Of a stretch of DNA of 64,000 nucleotides, positions 10,470 to 20,475 are shown in pieces (within the stretch, counting starts at the first letter, position 1; every line of letters begins with the position of its first letter). The DNA comes from Candidatus Hydrogenedentota bacterium. GTDB taxonomy: Bacteria > Hydrogenedentota > Hydrogenedentia > Hydrogenedentales > SLHB01. The stretch lies in assembly GCA_963745075.1 (NCBI GenBank), contig CAVUWV010000008.1, positions 224,001-288,000 of the forward strand. The letters are read 5' to 3'. The translations under genes were made by a program, and so were the position numbers. The notes under the pieces were generated by a model, which was given only the letters and a program-made list of their open reading frames with translations, made no database searches and was not told where the DNA came from.

Positions 10470-11162
10470 ATCCCATCTGAATCGGTTGAGAACTATCTGA
10501 AGGCTATTTACGAGCTGGAAGAAGAACATGGTCGCGTGACCACATCGGCCTTGGCCGAGCAGTTGGCGATCAGTCCGCCGTCCGTAAGTGCCATGCTCAA
10601 GCGCTTGAGCCAGGAAACGCCGTCACTCCTGGAACACGAACCGCACCGCGGTGTGGTATTGACCCCCGAAGGACAACGGAAGGCCCTGCGCATCATCCGG
10701 CGCCACCGGTTGGTGGAGACCTTTCTCTGCGAAGCCTTGGGCTACACGTGGGACGAGGTCCACGAGGAGGCCGAGCAGTTGGAGCACCACCTCTCGGAAA
10801 CGCTGGAAAACCGTATCGCTAAGTTTCTCGGTCATCCCAAATACGATCCCCACGGCGCGCCCATCCCTTCCAAGGAAGGCCACATTTCCGAACACACCTA
10901 CATTGCCCTGACTGAACTGGAAGAAGGGCAGCGCGCACAGGTCTTCCGGGTGAAGCACGACGTGCCGGAAGTCCTGCGCTACCTCACCTCCCTCGGAATC
11001 GAACCCTCGGTTTCGGTCTGCATGACCGAGAAAGCCCCCTTCGACGGCCCCGTCTACGTTCGCGTCGGCGACGCCGAAGACGCCAGCGTCCACGGCATCG
11101 GCCGTAACGTCGCCGACATGGTGATGGTCACCCGCCAGACCGAAATCGGCGACGCCGATTAG
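10470..11162 (+). CDS. DtxR/MntR family metal-dependent transcriptional repressor with C-terminal FeoA-like domain
   Basis: SESVENYLKAIYEL...HRLVETFL...VHEEAEQLEH...DPHGAPIP. The conserved N-terminus lies upstream of the ORF-track start (10536) and implies ATC at 10470 behind a GGAG. Confidence 0.9.
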   Translation: MPSESVENYLKAIYELEEEHGRVTTSALAEQLAISPPSVSAMLKRLSQETPSLLEHEPHRGVVLTPEGQRKALRIIRRHRLVETFLCEALGYTWDEVHEEAEQLEHHLSETLENRIAKFLGHPKYDPHGAPIPSKEGHISEHTYIALTELEEGQRAQVFRVKHDVPEVLRYLTSLGIEPSVSVCMTEKAPFDGPVYVRVGDAEDASVHGIGRNVADMVMVTRQTEIGDAD

Positions 11163-11236
11163 TTCCCACTGAAGAATAATGCCTGATAAAAAAACGGACT
11201 TGATCCGCCGCCGCACGGTAAGTAATGGGTCATTTC

Positions 11237-11258
11237 AAATTTAGCCTAGGCTAAATTT
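11237..11258. promoter_or_regulatory. DtxR/MntR-type operator
   Basis: Perfect 22-bp palindrome AAATTTAGCCTAGGCTAAATTT immediately upstream of the feo -35. Confidence 0.8.
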
Positions 11259-11261
11259 ATC

Positions 11262-11291
11262 TTGACACATCGCACATCCTGATTGTATAAT
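11262..11291 (+). promoter_or_regulatory. Sigma-70 promoter of the feo operon
   Basis: TTGACA (11262-11267), 18 nt, TATAAT (11286-11291). Confidence 0.85.
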
Positions 11292-11320
11292 CAATTAAGT
11301 TAGCTGAAGGTATATACACT

Positions 11321-12481
11321 ATGTTTAATCTTAATAATTATTTAGGGCTTGGGCGACACAATGACAAGTCTTCTGCCGCGGCGCTCTTTGCACCTGAAGA
11401 CGCCGTTTCCTTAAGCGATCTGCGGCCCGGCCAAGTCGGGTATGTCCAGGAAATCCGGACCAATGGCCTCCTGCGCCGGCGCATGTTGGACCTCGGATTT
11501 GTGCCGGGCGCGGAAGTGTCCGTTGCACTCGAAAGTCCCGCCGGTGACCCGACGGTCTATCGTGTTCGCGGTACGAGTATCGCCTTGCGCCGGGCCGATG
11601 CGGCCCATATCCGGGTCGCGCGCCATCAGGAAGAAGCTGCGGCGGTCGCGCCGGCGTCCGACGGCTGCAGCCAGGGCTGTTCCTACTGTCCGGTGCGTCC
11701 TGAGGTTCCCCAGCGAGCGAACGTATCCGGCAAAGAATTCGTGGTGGCGCTGGCGGGCAATCCCAATACCGGTAAGAGCACCGTATTCAATGCGTTAACC
11801 GGTCTGCGCCAGCACGTGGGCAATTGGCCCGGCAAGACCGTGGCGCGCGCCGAAGGCAAATGGATTTACGCCGGCGGCTCGTTCAAACTGGTCGACCTGC
11901 CCGGCACCTACTCCCTGCTGTCCACGTCGACGGACGAAGAAATCGCCCGCGACTTTCTGCTGTTTTCCCAACCAGATTGCACGGTGGCCGTGGTGGATGC
12001 CACGTGCCTCGAACGCAATCTGAATCTGGTATTCCAAATCCTTGAAATCACGGATCGCGTCGTCGTTTGCGTCAATCTGATGGACGAGGCCGCGCGCAAA
12101 GGCATTACGGTGGATATTAAGGCGCTGGAAACGACGCTGGGCGTTCCCGTGGTCGGCACTGCGGCCCGGTCCGGGCGTGGTCTGGACCAACTCAAGGAAC
12201 GCATTCTGGATATCGCGTCGGGCGCCATCGAGACGGAACCCTACCGGGTGCCCTACGAGCCCGAATTGCAGCGTGCGATTGACAGCATCCTCCCCTATGT
12301 CCGGCGTGCATTGCCGGACGTGCCGAACGAGCGTTGGATTGCGATGCGCCTGATCGATGGCGGCGACGCGCGGTTGCGCGAGCGCGTCCTCGACGGATCG
12401 CTGAACGTACGCGAGACGACGCGAAAACCGGTTCGGACCCGCGCCAAGCAGTTGGAGACGGCGGGGCAAGGAACCGCGTAA
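11321..12481 (+). CDS. feoB: FeoA domain fused to the FeoB GTPase (N-terminal half of a split FeoB)
   Basis: FeoA motif RRRMLDLGFVPG...PAGDP...IALRR. G-protein motifs GNPNTGKST, VGNWPGKTV, DLPGTYSL, NLMDE. Confidence 0.9.
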   Translation: MFNLNNYLGLGRHNDKSSAAALFAPEDAVSLSDLRPGQVGYVQEIRTNGLLRRRMLDLGFVPGAEVSVALESPAGDPTVYRVRGTSIALRRADAAHIRVARHQEEAAAVAPASDGCSQGCSYCPVRPEVPQRANVSGKEFVVALAGNPNTGKSTVFNALTGLRQHVGNWPGKTVARAEGKWIYAGGSFKLVDLPGTYSLLSTSTDEEIARDFLLFSQPDCTVAVVDATCLERNLNLVFQILEITDRVVVCVNLMDEAARKGITVDIKALETTLGVPVVGTAARSGRGLDQLKERILDIASGAIETEPYRVPYEPELQRAIDSILPYVRRALPDVPNERWIAMRLIDGGDARLRERVLDGSLNVRETTRKPVRTRAKQLETAGQGTA

Positions 12482-12496
12482 CGAAAGTGTCCCCCC

Positions 12497-13957
12497 ATGT
12501 CTCATCCCAAGATCGCTGTCGAGACATTACTCGATAAGGCCGATGAACTTCACGAGGAGTTTGGATCTTCTCTGCACGACCGCGTGACGGTTTCGACCTA
12601 TGCCGCGGCGTCCGAAGTGGCCGCCCGGGCCGTGCGCGAAGGGTCGCGGCGCCGGTTTAACTGGGACCTGATGCTCGACCGGTTGATCACGTCGCGCTGG
12701 CTGGGCATTCCCTTTATGGGCGCGCTGCTGGCGGTGGTGTTCTGGCTGACCATCGCAGGCGCCAATGTCCCGTCGGCCTTTCTTGCCGGTATTCTGATTG
12801 ACGAGGGCGGGCTCTCCGGGGTCCTTCACCAGTATTTCGGCGTGCAGCACGTACCGGCCCTGTTCTCATTCAGCATTTGGCAGCTATTGCATAGCGGATT
12901 CGCGTTTGTACATGCGCCCGCATGGCTTTCGGGATTCCTCCTGGACGGGGTGTACCTCGGCATAGCCTGGGTGGTGTCCGTGATGCTGCCGCCGATGGCG
13001 ATCTTCTTCCCCATGTTCACGCTGATGGAAGACCTCGGATTGCTCCCCCGGGTCGCCTTCAACATGGACCGTTTCTTCCGGAGCGTGGGTGCCCACGGCA
13101 AGCAGGCGCTCACCATGTCCATGGGGTTCGGGTGCAACGCGGCGGGCGTGGTGGCTTGCCGGATCATCGACTCGCCTCGCGAACGTTTAATCGCTATCCT
13201 CACGAACAACTTTGTGCCCTGCAACGGTCGCTGGCCCACCTTGATCATGGTGTCCTCGCTCTTTGTGGCTGCGGCGTTCCCTGCGTGGTTGGCGACCTTC
13301 GTTTCGGTGGGGACCGTTATGGCGGTGACACTGCTGGGCATCGCGGTGACGCTGGCCGCGTCTTTCTTTCTCTCGCGCACCATGCTGAAAGGGGTGGCTT
13401 CCAGTTTTACCCTGGAAATGCCCCCGTACCGGCGGCCCCAAGTCGGGCGCGTCCTGTACACGTCGCTGATTGACCGAACCTTGATCGTGCTGTGGCGGGC
13501 GGTGGTGTGCTCGGCCCCGGCTGGCGGGTTGATCTGGCTACTGGGCGCGCTGCACGTGGGCGACGCGAGTCTTTTCATGCACTTACGGAACGTGTTGGAC
13601 CCCATCGGCCATGTTCTCGGACTGGACGGAGTCATTCTCATCGGGTTCCTGTTCGCGATTCCGGCCAACGAGATCGTCATCCCCACGATCATCATGGGCT
13701 ATATGCACGCGAGCCGGATGACCGACTTGGCCGACCCGTCGCACCTTTTCATCGCAAACGGGTGGACCCCGGTGACGGCCATCTGCATCCTGCTGTTTGT
13801 CTTGCTCCACTACCCTTGCACGACCACAAGTTACAACATTTACAAGGAGACGGGGAGCTGGAAATGGGTAGGCGTGGCCAACGCGCTGCCGCTCACCATT
13901 GCCCTTTTCGCCTGCATCGCCGTTGCCCAAGGTGCGCATTTGCTGGGGTTTCAGTAA
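12497..13957 (+). CDS. feoB: FeoB membrane (gate/nucleoside-recognition) domain, C-terminal half of a split FeoB
   Basis: MEDLGLLPRVAFNMD, MGFGCNA, PCNGRWP, LEMPPYR, IPANEI, HYPC. Multiple TM helices. Confidence 0.9.
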   Translation: MSHPKIAVETLLDKADELHEEFGSSLHDRVTVSTYAAASEVAARAVREGSRRRFNWDLMLDRLITSRWLGIPFMGALLAVVFWLTIAGANVPSAFLAGILIDEGGLSGVLHQYFGVQHVPALFSFSIWQLLHSGFAFVHAPAWLSGFLLDGVYLGIAWVVSVMLPPMAIFFPMFTLMEDLGLLPRVAFNMDRFFRSVGAHGKQALTMSMGFGCNAAGVVACRIIDSPRERLIAILTNNFVPCNGRWPTLIMVSSLFVAAAFPAWLATFVSVGTVMAVTLLGIAVTLAASFFLSRTMLKGVASSFTLEMPPYRRPQVGRVLYTSLIDRTLIVLWRAVVCSAPAGGLIWLLGALHVGDASLFMHLRNVLDPIGHVLGLDGVILIGFLFAIPANEIVIPTIIMGYMHASRMTDLADPSHLFIANGWTPVTAICILLFVLLHYPCTTTSYNIYKETGSWKWVGVANALPLTIALFACIAVAQGAHLLGFQ

Positions 13958-14087
13958 GCACTGACACCAGCCGACGTTTGTGCCAAGGGGTTCCTATCTG
14001 CGATACTATCCCTTTACGCAAGGTCGTCGTATTTCCATTCCGCGGCACGATCGCGCGGCCATAATCGTAGACGAGGCATCGGTTTTC

Positions 14088-15158
14088 ATGGACAAGACCC
14101 AGAATATTCACGTTCGTAGCATGGTCCCCCTGGTTTCGCCCCGGGAACTCAAGGAGTTTCTCCCAATTTCCGCCGGGGCCCGGAAAACCGTGCTCGATGC
14201 GCGTCAGACCGTGCAAGACATTCTCGCTCGGAAGGATGAGCGGCTCATCGCCGTAATGGGCCCGTGCTCGATCCACGACGATATCGCCGCCCTCGAATAC
14301 GCCATGCGCCTTTCCGAGCTGTCGAAGCAAGTCGAAGACCGGCTTGTGCTTATCATGCGCGTCTATTTTGAAAAGCCGCGCACGACCGTGGGCTGGAAGG
14401 GCCTGATTAACGACCCCTCCCTTGATGGGGCTTTCGACATCGAAGGCGGCCTGCGCAAATCCCGTGAGATTCTGTTGCGCCTCAATGAGATGGGCGTGCC
14501 CTGCGCGAGCGAAATGCTGGATCCCATCACGCCGCAGTACACGGCCGACCTGGTCGCTTGGGCGTCGCTCGGGGCCCGGACCACCGAATCGCAGACCCAC
14601 CGGCAAATGGCCAGCGGTCTCTCGATGCCGGTCGGATTCAAGAACGGCACGGACGGAAACCTGCAGATCGCGGTGGACGCGATTCAGGCCGCCCGCCATG
14701 CCCACGCTTTTCTCGGTATCGATTCCGACGGGCAAACGTGCATCGTCAACACGACGGGCAATCCCTTCGGGCACATGATTCTGCGCGGTGGCCGGTCCGG
14801 CCCGAACTATGGGCCCGAGTACGTGCGGGAAGCCGCGGAGGCGCTGATCAAGCAGGATCTTGAGCCGAACATCATCGTGGACTGCAGCCACGCGAATTCC
14901 GAAAAAGACTACCGCAAGCAACCGGCTGTGTGGCGCGCCGTGGTCGAGCAGCGGAAGCAAGGCAACAAAGACATCATCGGCCTGATGCTGGAGAGCAATC
15001 TGAACGAGGGCAACCAAGCCCTCGGCGACGATGTGTCGCACCTGAAATACGGCGTGTCGATCACGGATTCCTGCATCAACTGGGACCAGACCGCCGAGTT
15101 GGTCCAGCAGACCTACGAAGTACTCGACCCGAAGAAAAACGTGGCGGCGTGTAAGTAG
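14088..15158 (+). CDS. aroG: 3-deoxy-7-phosphoheptulonate (DAHP) synthase, class I-alpha
   Basis: GPCSIHD, RVYFEKPRTTVGWKGLINDP, GARTTESQTHR, GFKNGTDG, DCSHANS, YGVSITD. Confidence 0.95.
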   Translation: MDKTQNIHVRSMVPLVSPRELKEFLPISAGARKTVLDARQTVQDILARKDERLIAVMGPCSIHDDIAALEYAMRLSELSKQVEDRLVLIMRVYFEKPRTTVGWKGLINDPSLDGAFDIEGGLRKSREILLRLNEMGVPCASEMLDPITPQYTADLVAWASLGARTTESQTHRQMASGLSMPVGFKNGTDGNLQIAVDAIQAARHAHAFLGIDSDGQTCIVNTTGNPFGHMILRGGRSGPNYGPEYVREAAEALIKQDLEPNIIVDCSHANSEKDYRKQPAVWRAVVEQRKQGNKDIIGLMLESNLNEGNQALGDDVSHLKYGVSITDSCINWDQTAELVQQTYEVLDPKKNVAACK

Positions 15159-15222
15159 ACCGTCCCGGCGCACGCCGTGGGGCTGGCGTGCCGCCCTGAT
15201 GCCTTGAGGAGACCGGGCGCCC

Positions 15223-15894
15223 GTGCCATCATTGCTTCTAATCGTGCTGCTCGTGCTTGCCGCCATTTCCGCGGGGACCTTGGCCCTCGTGCCCGCGTGG
15301 CTCTTGTGGCGCATGAAACGCCAGTGGCAATTCCCCCTGATTTGGTTGGTGGTCGTGGTCATCGTGCTGGGGCTGGCGACGATGCTCACGATGACGCAGG
15401 TCCAAAGCTTACCCAAACCTGTACCCATTAACGAGACCTTGCAAGACGTGACGGACCTGTCCGGCGATTTCACGGTGACCGGACTGCGACTACTCGATCC
15501 CACCGTACGCGACGCCCTCATTGAAGTGGATGTCGAGAATGCCGGTTCCGCGCCGGTTTCGTTCGGGCTTCAGTACATTGCGGACGGCGGAAACCTCGGT
15601 AATGAAGCGTATGCGGCCGGGACGACGGAAGGCGCGTTCATCCGGCGGATCGAGCCCGACTGGAGCGGGACTGTCGCCTTTCATGCCACGCTGCCTCCGT
15701 TCGTGTTCGGCGGCAACATCGTCATTGTGCTCGCCATTTGTCCCGATGTGGAGTTGGACCCCGGTGCGACCGCGTTGCCCCCGGATTCCCAGGCGCTGTA
15801 TCAAAACCATTTTGAATTGGTGCCGAAACCGGTGCAGCCCCAACAGGAAGGCGCGGGTTCCCATCGGACGAATCCGACCGATCGGTCGGATTAA
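15223..15894 (+). CDS. Hypothetical membrane protein
   Basis: Two N-terminal hydrophobic helices. RBS GAGGAG upstream. Confidence 0.6.
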   Translation: MPSLLLIVLLVLAAISAGTLALVPAWLLWRMKRQWQFPLIWLVVVVIVLGLATMLTMTQVQSLPKPVPINETLQDVTDLSGDFTVTGLRLLDPTVRDALIEVDVENAGSAPVSFGLQYIADGGNLGNEAYAAGTTEGAFIRRIEPDWSGTVAFHATLPPFVFGGNIVIVLAICPDVELDPGATALPPDSQALYQNHFELVPKPVQPQQEGAGSHRTNPTDRSD

Positions 15895-15916
15895 GCAAGC
15901 GCAGTGGAGGAAAACG

Positions 15917-16339
15917 ATGAAACGACAGTTCGCAAGCGCGCTCATATTGATTTTCACCTTCACCGGATGCAGCATGGCTCCGCAGATCAATTCCGCCGGT
16001 GACCTGGTCGCTGAACTCCAGAAGGAAGGCCTTCCCATCGCCTCGCAGGAGCCCGCCCCCACACCGAAGGGCCGGCACTTCCGCTTTGACGAAGGGATCA
16101 CGCTGAAGGGGGAAGACGTGTGGATCAACGTCCTGCGGATCAGCGACAGGAAGGTCTATGATATTGCCAAAGACGCGTCGGGGTTGCTCGTGATTACAGA
16201 GGCCGCTGCAGGACAAGAGCTGCCCGGCAAACCGGATATCTACACGCGGTACCCGTTCATGGTTATCATCCGGCAACAGCCGGAAGGCGCGGATCTCATG
16301 AGCGCGCTGAAAACGATCCTGCCACCCGAAGAGGCGTAA
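15917..16339 (+). CDS. Hypothetical lipoprotein
   Basis: GGAGG RBS, then MKRQFASALILIFTFTGC (lipobox-like). Confidence 0.65.
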   Translation: MKRQFASALILIFTFTGCSMAPQINSAGDLVAELQKEGLPIASQEPAPTPKGRHFRFDEGITLKGEDVWINVLRISDRKVYDIAKDASGLLVITEAAAGQELPGKPDIYTRYPFMVIIRQQPEGADLMSALKTILPPEEA

Positions 16340-16362
16340 CGGCGGAAACCGCGTGAGCGAAC

Positions 16363-17151
16363 TTACCCTTCGGTTTTCTCGAAGACGTACAAATTGGTCG
16401 CGCCAATCCGTGGTGGAAGATTCATCCGGTAGGCGAGGTTGTTCAAATGCAATAGCATGTGACGCGGAAACCCGCGTAACCGTACCTGGATCTCCGAGAG
16501 TTCACCGATGCGGCGGTGTTTCAGCGTGAACCCTTTTTCCGCGAGATACTTCGTTACTGCGGCGGCATCCAGTTTCCAGACCCAGAGCCGGTCGCCACTC
16601 ATCTCGTACCACACGCCGTCGCCCATGGGGAGATGTTCGAGGCCCTTCAACGGCTTGCGCACAACGAATCGCGCGAACCGTTCGATGGACCGATCGAGGG
16701 CATGTTTATTGGTCAAGTACAGCGCCAATTTTCCGCCGGGTTCCACGACGCGGGCCAATTCGTCCAGTGCTTTCTCGATGGCTGGAATGTGAATGATCAC
16801 CCCCCAGGAGAATACGTAGCGATAGGACGCGTCCGGAAGGTCGAGCGCGGTGAGATCCTTCTGATGGAACGCGATCTTTTCAGCGACGCCGGCCGCTTCC
16901 GCGCGCTGCCGGGCCTGATCCAGCATGCCGTTGGAAATGTCGATGCCGACGACGGGATGTCCCGCTTTCGCGACGCGGATACTGTGAACGCCCGGCCCGC
17001 ACCCGCCGTCCAGCACCGTTGCGCCGGGTTCCACCTCCATGAGCCGCAGCATATCCGCCACCGCCCAGTCGTACAGCTTCAGCGAAATGGGATGGTAATA
17101 GGCGGTATCCCACTGATCGATGGTTTCTCTTGCTTCAAAAACTTCGGACAC
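16363..17151 (-). CDS. Class I SAM-dependent methyltransferase
   Basis: VLDGGCGPG, VGIDIS, VFSWGVIIH, LARVVEPGG. GTG 17151 behind GAGG chosen as start. Confidence 0.9.
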   Translation of the reverse strand: MSEVFEARETIDQWDTAYYHPISLKLYDWAVADMLRLMEVEPGATVLDGGCGPGVHSIRVAKAGHPVVGIDISNGMLDQARQRAEAAGVAEKIAFHQKDLTALDLPDASYRYVFSWGVIIHIPAIEKALDELARVVEPGGKLALYLTNKHALDRSIERFARFVVRKPLKGLEHLPMGDGVWYEMSGDRLWVWKLDAAAVTKYLAEKGFTLKHRRIGELSEIQVRLRGFPRHMLLHLNNLAYRMNLPPRIGATNLYVFEKTEG

Positions 17152-17362
17152 GTTGGTTTCCTCACGTGATGGTTGTCCCAGTCGACGTATTATGCGGGAC
17201 GGAGATGCGAATGTCATTCTCGCGGGTTTGAAAAGGACGCAAGGGATCTAAACGACCGACGGGACGATGGGGGCAATCGCCAGGCAGATTTTCCAGGCTT
17301 CTGGCGTCCCCTGGAGCGCTTTCGTCCTTTTGGTTCTTTGTGCGCCTCTGATTTTGCGGAAT

Positions 17363-17391
17363 TTGCTTTCTTGTCAAAAGTCAGGTACACT
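17363..17391 (+). promoter_or_regulatory. Putative sigma-70 promoter of the DEAD-box helicase gene (implies a ~180-nt 5' UTR)
   Basis: TTGCTT, 17 nt, TACACT. Confidence 0.45.
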
Positions 17392-17576
17392 CCCTGCAAC
17401 TTATGTCTGCTGGTCAGGTAGGCGGTTGTCTTTACCGGTCTTCTCTCCTACTCGATGCTCACCTCAGAATTTGGACACTGCCTTTGTGTCGTTTCCCCGT
17501 TTTGTCAGCGTTGAGCATACAGCATCAGCCAACGCTATGGCTCTGTAACGAGCCGGCAAAATGAAAGGGAATATCC

Positions 17577-18785
17577 ATGTCTTTTGAACCACTAGGGATC
17601 CATCCGCGCTGCTTGAACGTGTTGCAGCGGCAGGACATCACGGAGCCCACCCCCGTCCAGGCGCAAGCCATTCCGGTCGCGATGGAAGGGCGTGACCTCG
17701 TCGCCATCGCCCAGACGGGCACGGGCAAGACGCTGGCCTTCGGGCTACCGGCCCTGACGCAGCTCGCGGGCAGCAAACCCGGCCGCACCCGCATGCTGGT
17801 GCTGGCACCGACGCGCGAACTGGCCCAGCAGGTGGAGAAGGTCATCGCGCCCTTGGGCAAGGCCGTCGGGCTCCATACGGTGTGCGTCTATGGCGGCGTC
17901 GGGTTTGAACACCAGACCCGGGCCTTGCGGCGCGGCACGAGCATCATCGTCGCCACCCCCGGGCGCCTCATCGACCACATGAACCGTGGCAATGTCCGTT
18001 TCGACGACTTGTCGATCCTCACGCTGGACGAAGCCGACCGAATGCTCGATATGGGTTTCATGCCGGACATCCGGCGCATCGTCGGCGCGTTGCCCAAGAA
18101 ACGCCAGACGCTTATGTTCTCGGCGACGTTTCCGAAGGAGATCGAGCGGTTCGCCCGCGAGATGCAGCACGACCCCGCGCGCGTCGAAGTGGGCCGGGTC
18201 GCTTCGCCAGCGGAAGCCGTCCGCCAGGGCGTATACACCGTGCACCAGACGGCGAAGGTCGAACTGCTTTCGAAGATCCTTCGCGAGAAGGAAGTGGGAT
18301 CGGCGTTGGTCTTTCTGCGCACCAAGCACCGGACCGACCGCGTCGCCAAGGCCCTGAAGAGTTCCGGGTTCAAGGTGCAGGCCATTCACGGCGGCCGCAC
18401 GCAGGGGCAGCGCCAACAGGCCATCGACGGGTTCCGGCAAGGCCGGTACCAAGTTCTGGTCGCGACGGACGTGGCCGCGCGCGGGCTCGACGTGCAGGGT
18501 ATCACCCATGTGTTTAATTTCGATATCCCGAATAGTTCCGACGACTACATCCACCGCATCGGCCGGACGGCCCGTGCCAGCGCGGACGGTGACGCCATCA
18601 CCTTTGTCAGTCCGGAAGATCATCGCATGCTGGCCACCATCGAAAAGGCGTTGGGGAAAAATATCCCGCGCGAAGAGTGGGACGGCGCCGTGCCGGTGTA
18701 CTCCGGCTTCCAGCCGGAAGGCGAAGGTCGCAACAAGGGCCGGCGCGGCAATCCACGCGGACGACGGTTGATGCGTCGGCGGTAG
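17577..18785 (+). CDS. DEAD-box ATP-dependent RNA helicase (RhlE-like)
   Basis: AQTGTGKT, PTRELA, TPGRL, DEADRMLDMGF, SAT, ARGLD, HRIGRT. Basic C-terminal tail. Confidence 0.95.
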   Translation: MSFEPLGIHPRCLNVLQRQDITEPTPVQAQAIPVAMEGRDLVAIAQTGTGKTLAFGLPALTQLAGSKPGRTRMLVLAPTRELAQQVEKVIAPLGKAVGLHTVCVYGGVGFEHQTRALRRGTSIIVATPGRLIDHMNRGNVRFDDLSILTLDEADRMLDMGFMPDIRRIVGALPKKRQTLMFSATFPKEIERFAREMQHDPARVEVGRVASPAEAVRQGVYTVHQTAKVELLSKILREKEVGSALVFLRTKHRTDRVAKALKSSGFKVQAIHGGRTQGQRQQAIDGFRQGRYQVLVATDVAARGLDVQGITHVFNFDIPNSSDDYIHRIGRTARASADGDAITFVSPEDHRMLATIEKALGKNIPREEWDGAVPVYSGFQPEGEGRNKGRRGNPRGRRLMRRR

Positions 18786-18826
18786 TTCGAGTAATTGCTC
18801 GACGTTTTCTTGACAAGAGTCGCGTA

Positions 18827-18870
18827 CCCCAACTCTCCCCATCTTCGGGAAGAGTTGGGGTTCTTGTTTT
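18827..18870 (+). terminator. Rho-independent terminator
   Basis: CCCCAACTCT...AGAGTTGGGG stem followed by TTCTTGTTTT. Confidence 0.7.
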
Positions 18871-19003
18871 CCAGGCCAATGCGCTCTCGTTGACGACTTC
18901 ATCTGCAACAACTACAATCACTGAGTTGGAGTCCGTGGCGACGCCGCGGGCCGATCTTACGGGCGAAAGAATTCAGGTATCTACGAGTACGCAAGGACAC
19001 ACC

Positions 19004-20185
19004 ATGATCATGACAGTGCTAGCGATGACTGCGCTCGGCGCGTTGCCGGGCGAGCCGATGTACCGGGCGGACAACGTCCAAAACGTGAAAGTCTATTACG
19101 AAAAAGGACGCTTTGGCGGTTGGCCCGCGAACTACGGCATCTGGATTTGGGACGACAACGAGATTTTGGTCGGGTACAGCCGCGGCTACTACAAGGACCT
19201 GGGGCCGACGATGCATCACATCGACCGGGAAAAGCCCGAGGAGTTCTGGCTGGCGCGCAGTCTGGATGGCGGCCTGACGTGGACCCATGAACACCCCGCG
19301 GAGCAAGGTTCATTGATCCCGCGCGGACCGGCCTTGCACGGCACAGAAACGCCGGAGCTCAAGCTGCCGCCGATTACGGATCTTAAAGAGCCCATGAACT
19401 TCACGGATCCAAACTTCGTGTTGACCTTTCGCATGGACAACTATCAGGGCGGCACGTCGCGCTTCGAGTATTCCTACGACCGCGGCAAGACGTGGAAAGG
19501 CCCCTATCGACTGCCCAACTTCGGCACGCCGGGAACCGCTGCGCGAACCGATTACATGGTGAACGGTCCGCACGACGCACTTGTCTTCATCACGACTGCG
19601 AAGGAAAACGGACACGAGGGCCGGCCCGCATGCGTGCGCACGACGGACGGCGGCCTGACCTGGGAATTGGTATCGTTTATCGGACCCGAGCCGGAAGGCT
19701 TCGCTATCATGCCGTCGACGGTGCGGCTCTCGGACAACGAACTGCTGACCACCCTGCGATGCCGCGAAGGGACGTTCCGCTGGATCTCCGCGTGGCACAG
19801 CATGGACAACGGCAAGACGTGGGAGTTCTTGAACAACCCCGTAGACTACACAGGCGAAGGCAACCCGCCCTGCTTGAACAAGCTGCCCGACGGACGGCTA
19901 TGCCTGACCTACGGGTTCCGCGGCTATCCGTACAGCATCCGCGCGCGCATCAGCAACGACAACGGTCGCACCTGGGGGCCGCAGATCGTGCTCCGCGATG
20001 ACGGCACGGATCGCGACGTGGGTTACGTGCGCAGCGTTGTGCGCCCGGACGGCAAAGTCGTGACAACCTATTATTTCGACGACGAGGAGACCGGCCCGGA
20101 ACGTTACATCGGCGCGACGATCTGGGACCCGAACAAGATTTCCGAGATCACCAACGGCGAAGCCGACCGGCAGTTGGCGTTCTAG
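19004..20185 (+). CDS. BNR/Asp-box (sialidase-like) secreted hydrolase
   Basis: Five Asp-boxes (RSLDGGLTW, SYDRGKTW, TTDGGLTW, SMDNGKTW, SNDNGRTW) and a signal-like N-terminus. Confidence 0.85.
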   Translation: MIMTVLAMTALGALPGEPMYRADNVQNVKVYYEKGRFGGWPANYGIWIWDDNEILVGYSRGYYKDLGPTMHHIDREKPEEFWLARSLDGGLTWTHEHPAEQGSLIPRGPALHGTETPELKLPPITDLKEPMNFTDPNFVLTFRMDNYQGGTSRFEYSYDRGKTWKGPYRLPNFGTPGTAARTDYMVNGPHDALVFITTAKENGHEGRPACVRTTDGGLTWELVSFIGPEPEGFAIMPSTVRLSDNELLTTLRCREGTFRWISAWHSMDNGKTWEFLNNPVDYTGEGNPPCLNKLPDGRLCLTYGFRGYPYSIRARISNDNGRTWGPQIVLRDDGTDRDVGYVRSVVRPDGKVVTTYYFDDEETGPERYIGATIWDPNKISEITNGEADRQLAF

Positions 20186-20242
20186 TCCGCGCGAAAACGT
20201 CGCCATGGTATACTTCGGTAGGCGTTTTCGGAGTGAGAATCG

Positions 20243-20416
20243 AAGAAAGAGCTTACGTACACGATCGTTCTGGAGCCTGCCGAAGAAGGTGGTTTCAATG
20301 TGTCCGTACCGGCATTACCGGGGTGCTTCACGCAGGGAGACACGTTCGAGGAAGCATTAGCGATGGCGCAAGATGCCATCGCGCTTTGGCTCGATGCGTT
20401 AACGGCTAGGTCGTAA
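20243..20416 (+). pseudogene. hicB: HicB-family antitoxin (no valid start codon, no hicA)
   Basis: Translates as KKELTYTIVLEPAEEGGFNVSVPALPGCFTQGDTFEEALAMAQDAIALWL. It is absent from the ORF track. Confidence 0.8.
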
Positions 20417-20475
20417 AGGGCGATTACGGAGCAGCAAGAAATCCCGGTGTTCTTTGCTTCGCGGATAATGCCCAA

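Noticed and set aside
17392..17576. Riboswitch or named ncRNA in the helicase leader
   Set aside because: Only a short GCGTTG/CAACGC stem is visible, with no recognisable family motif.
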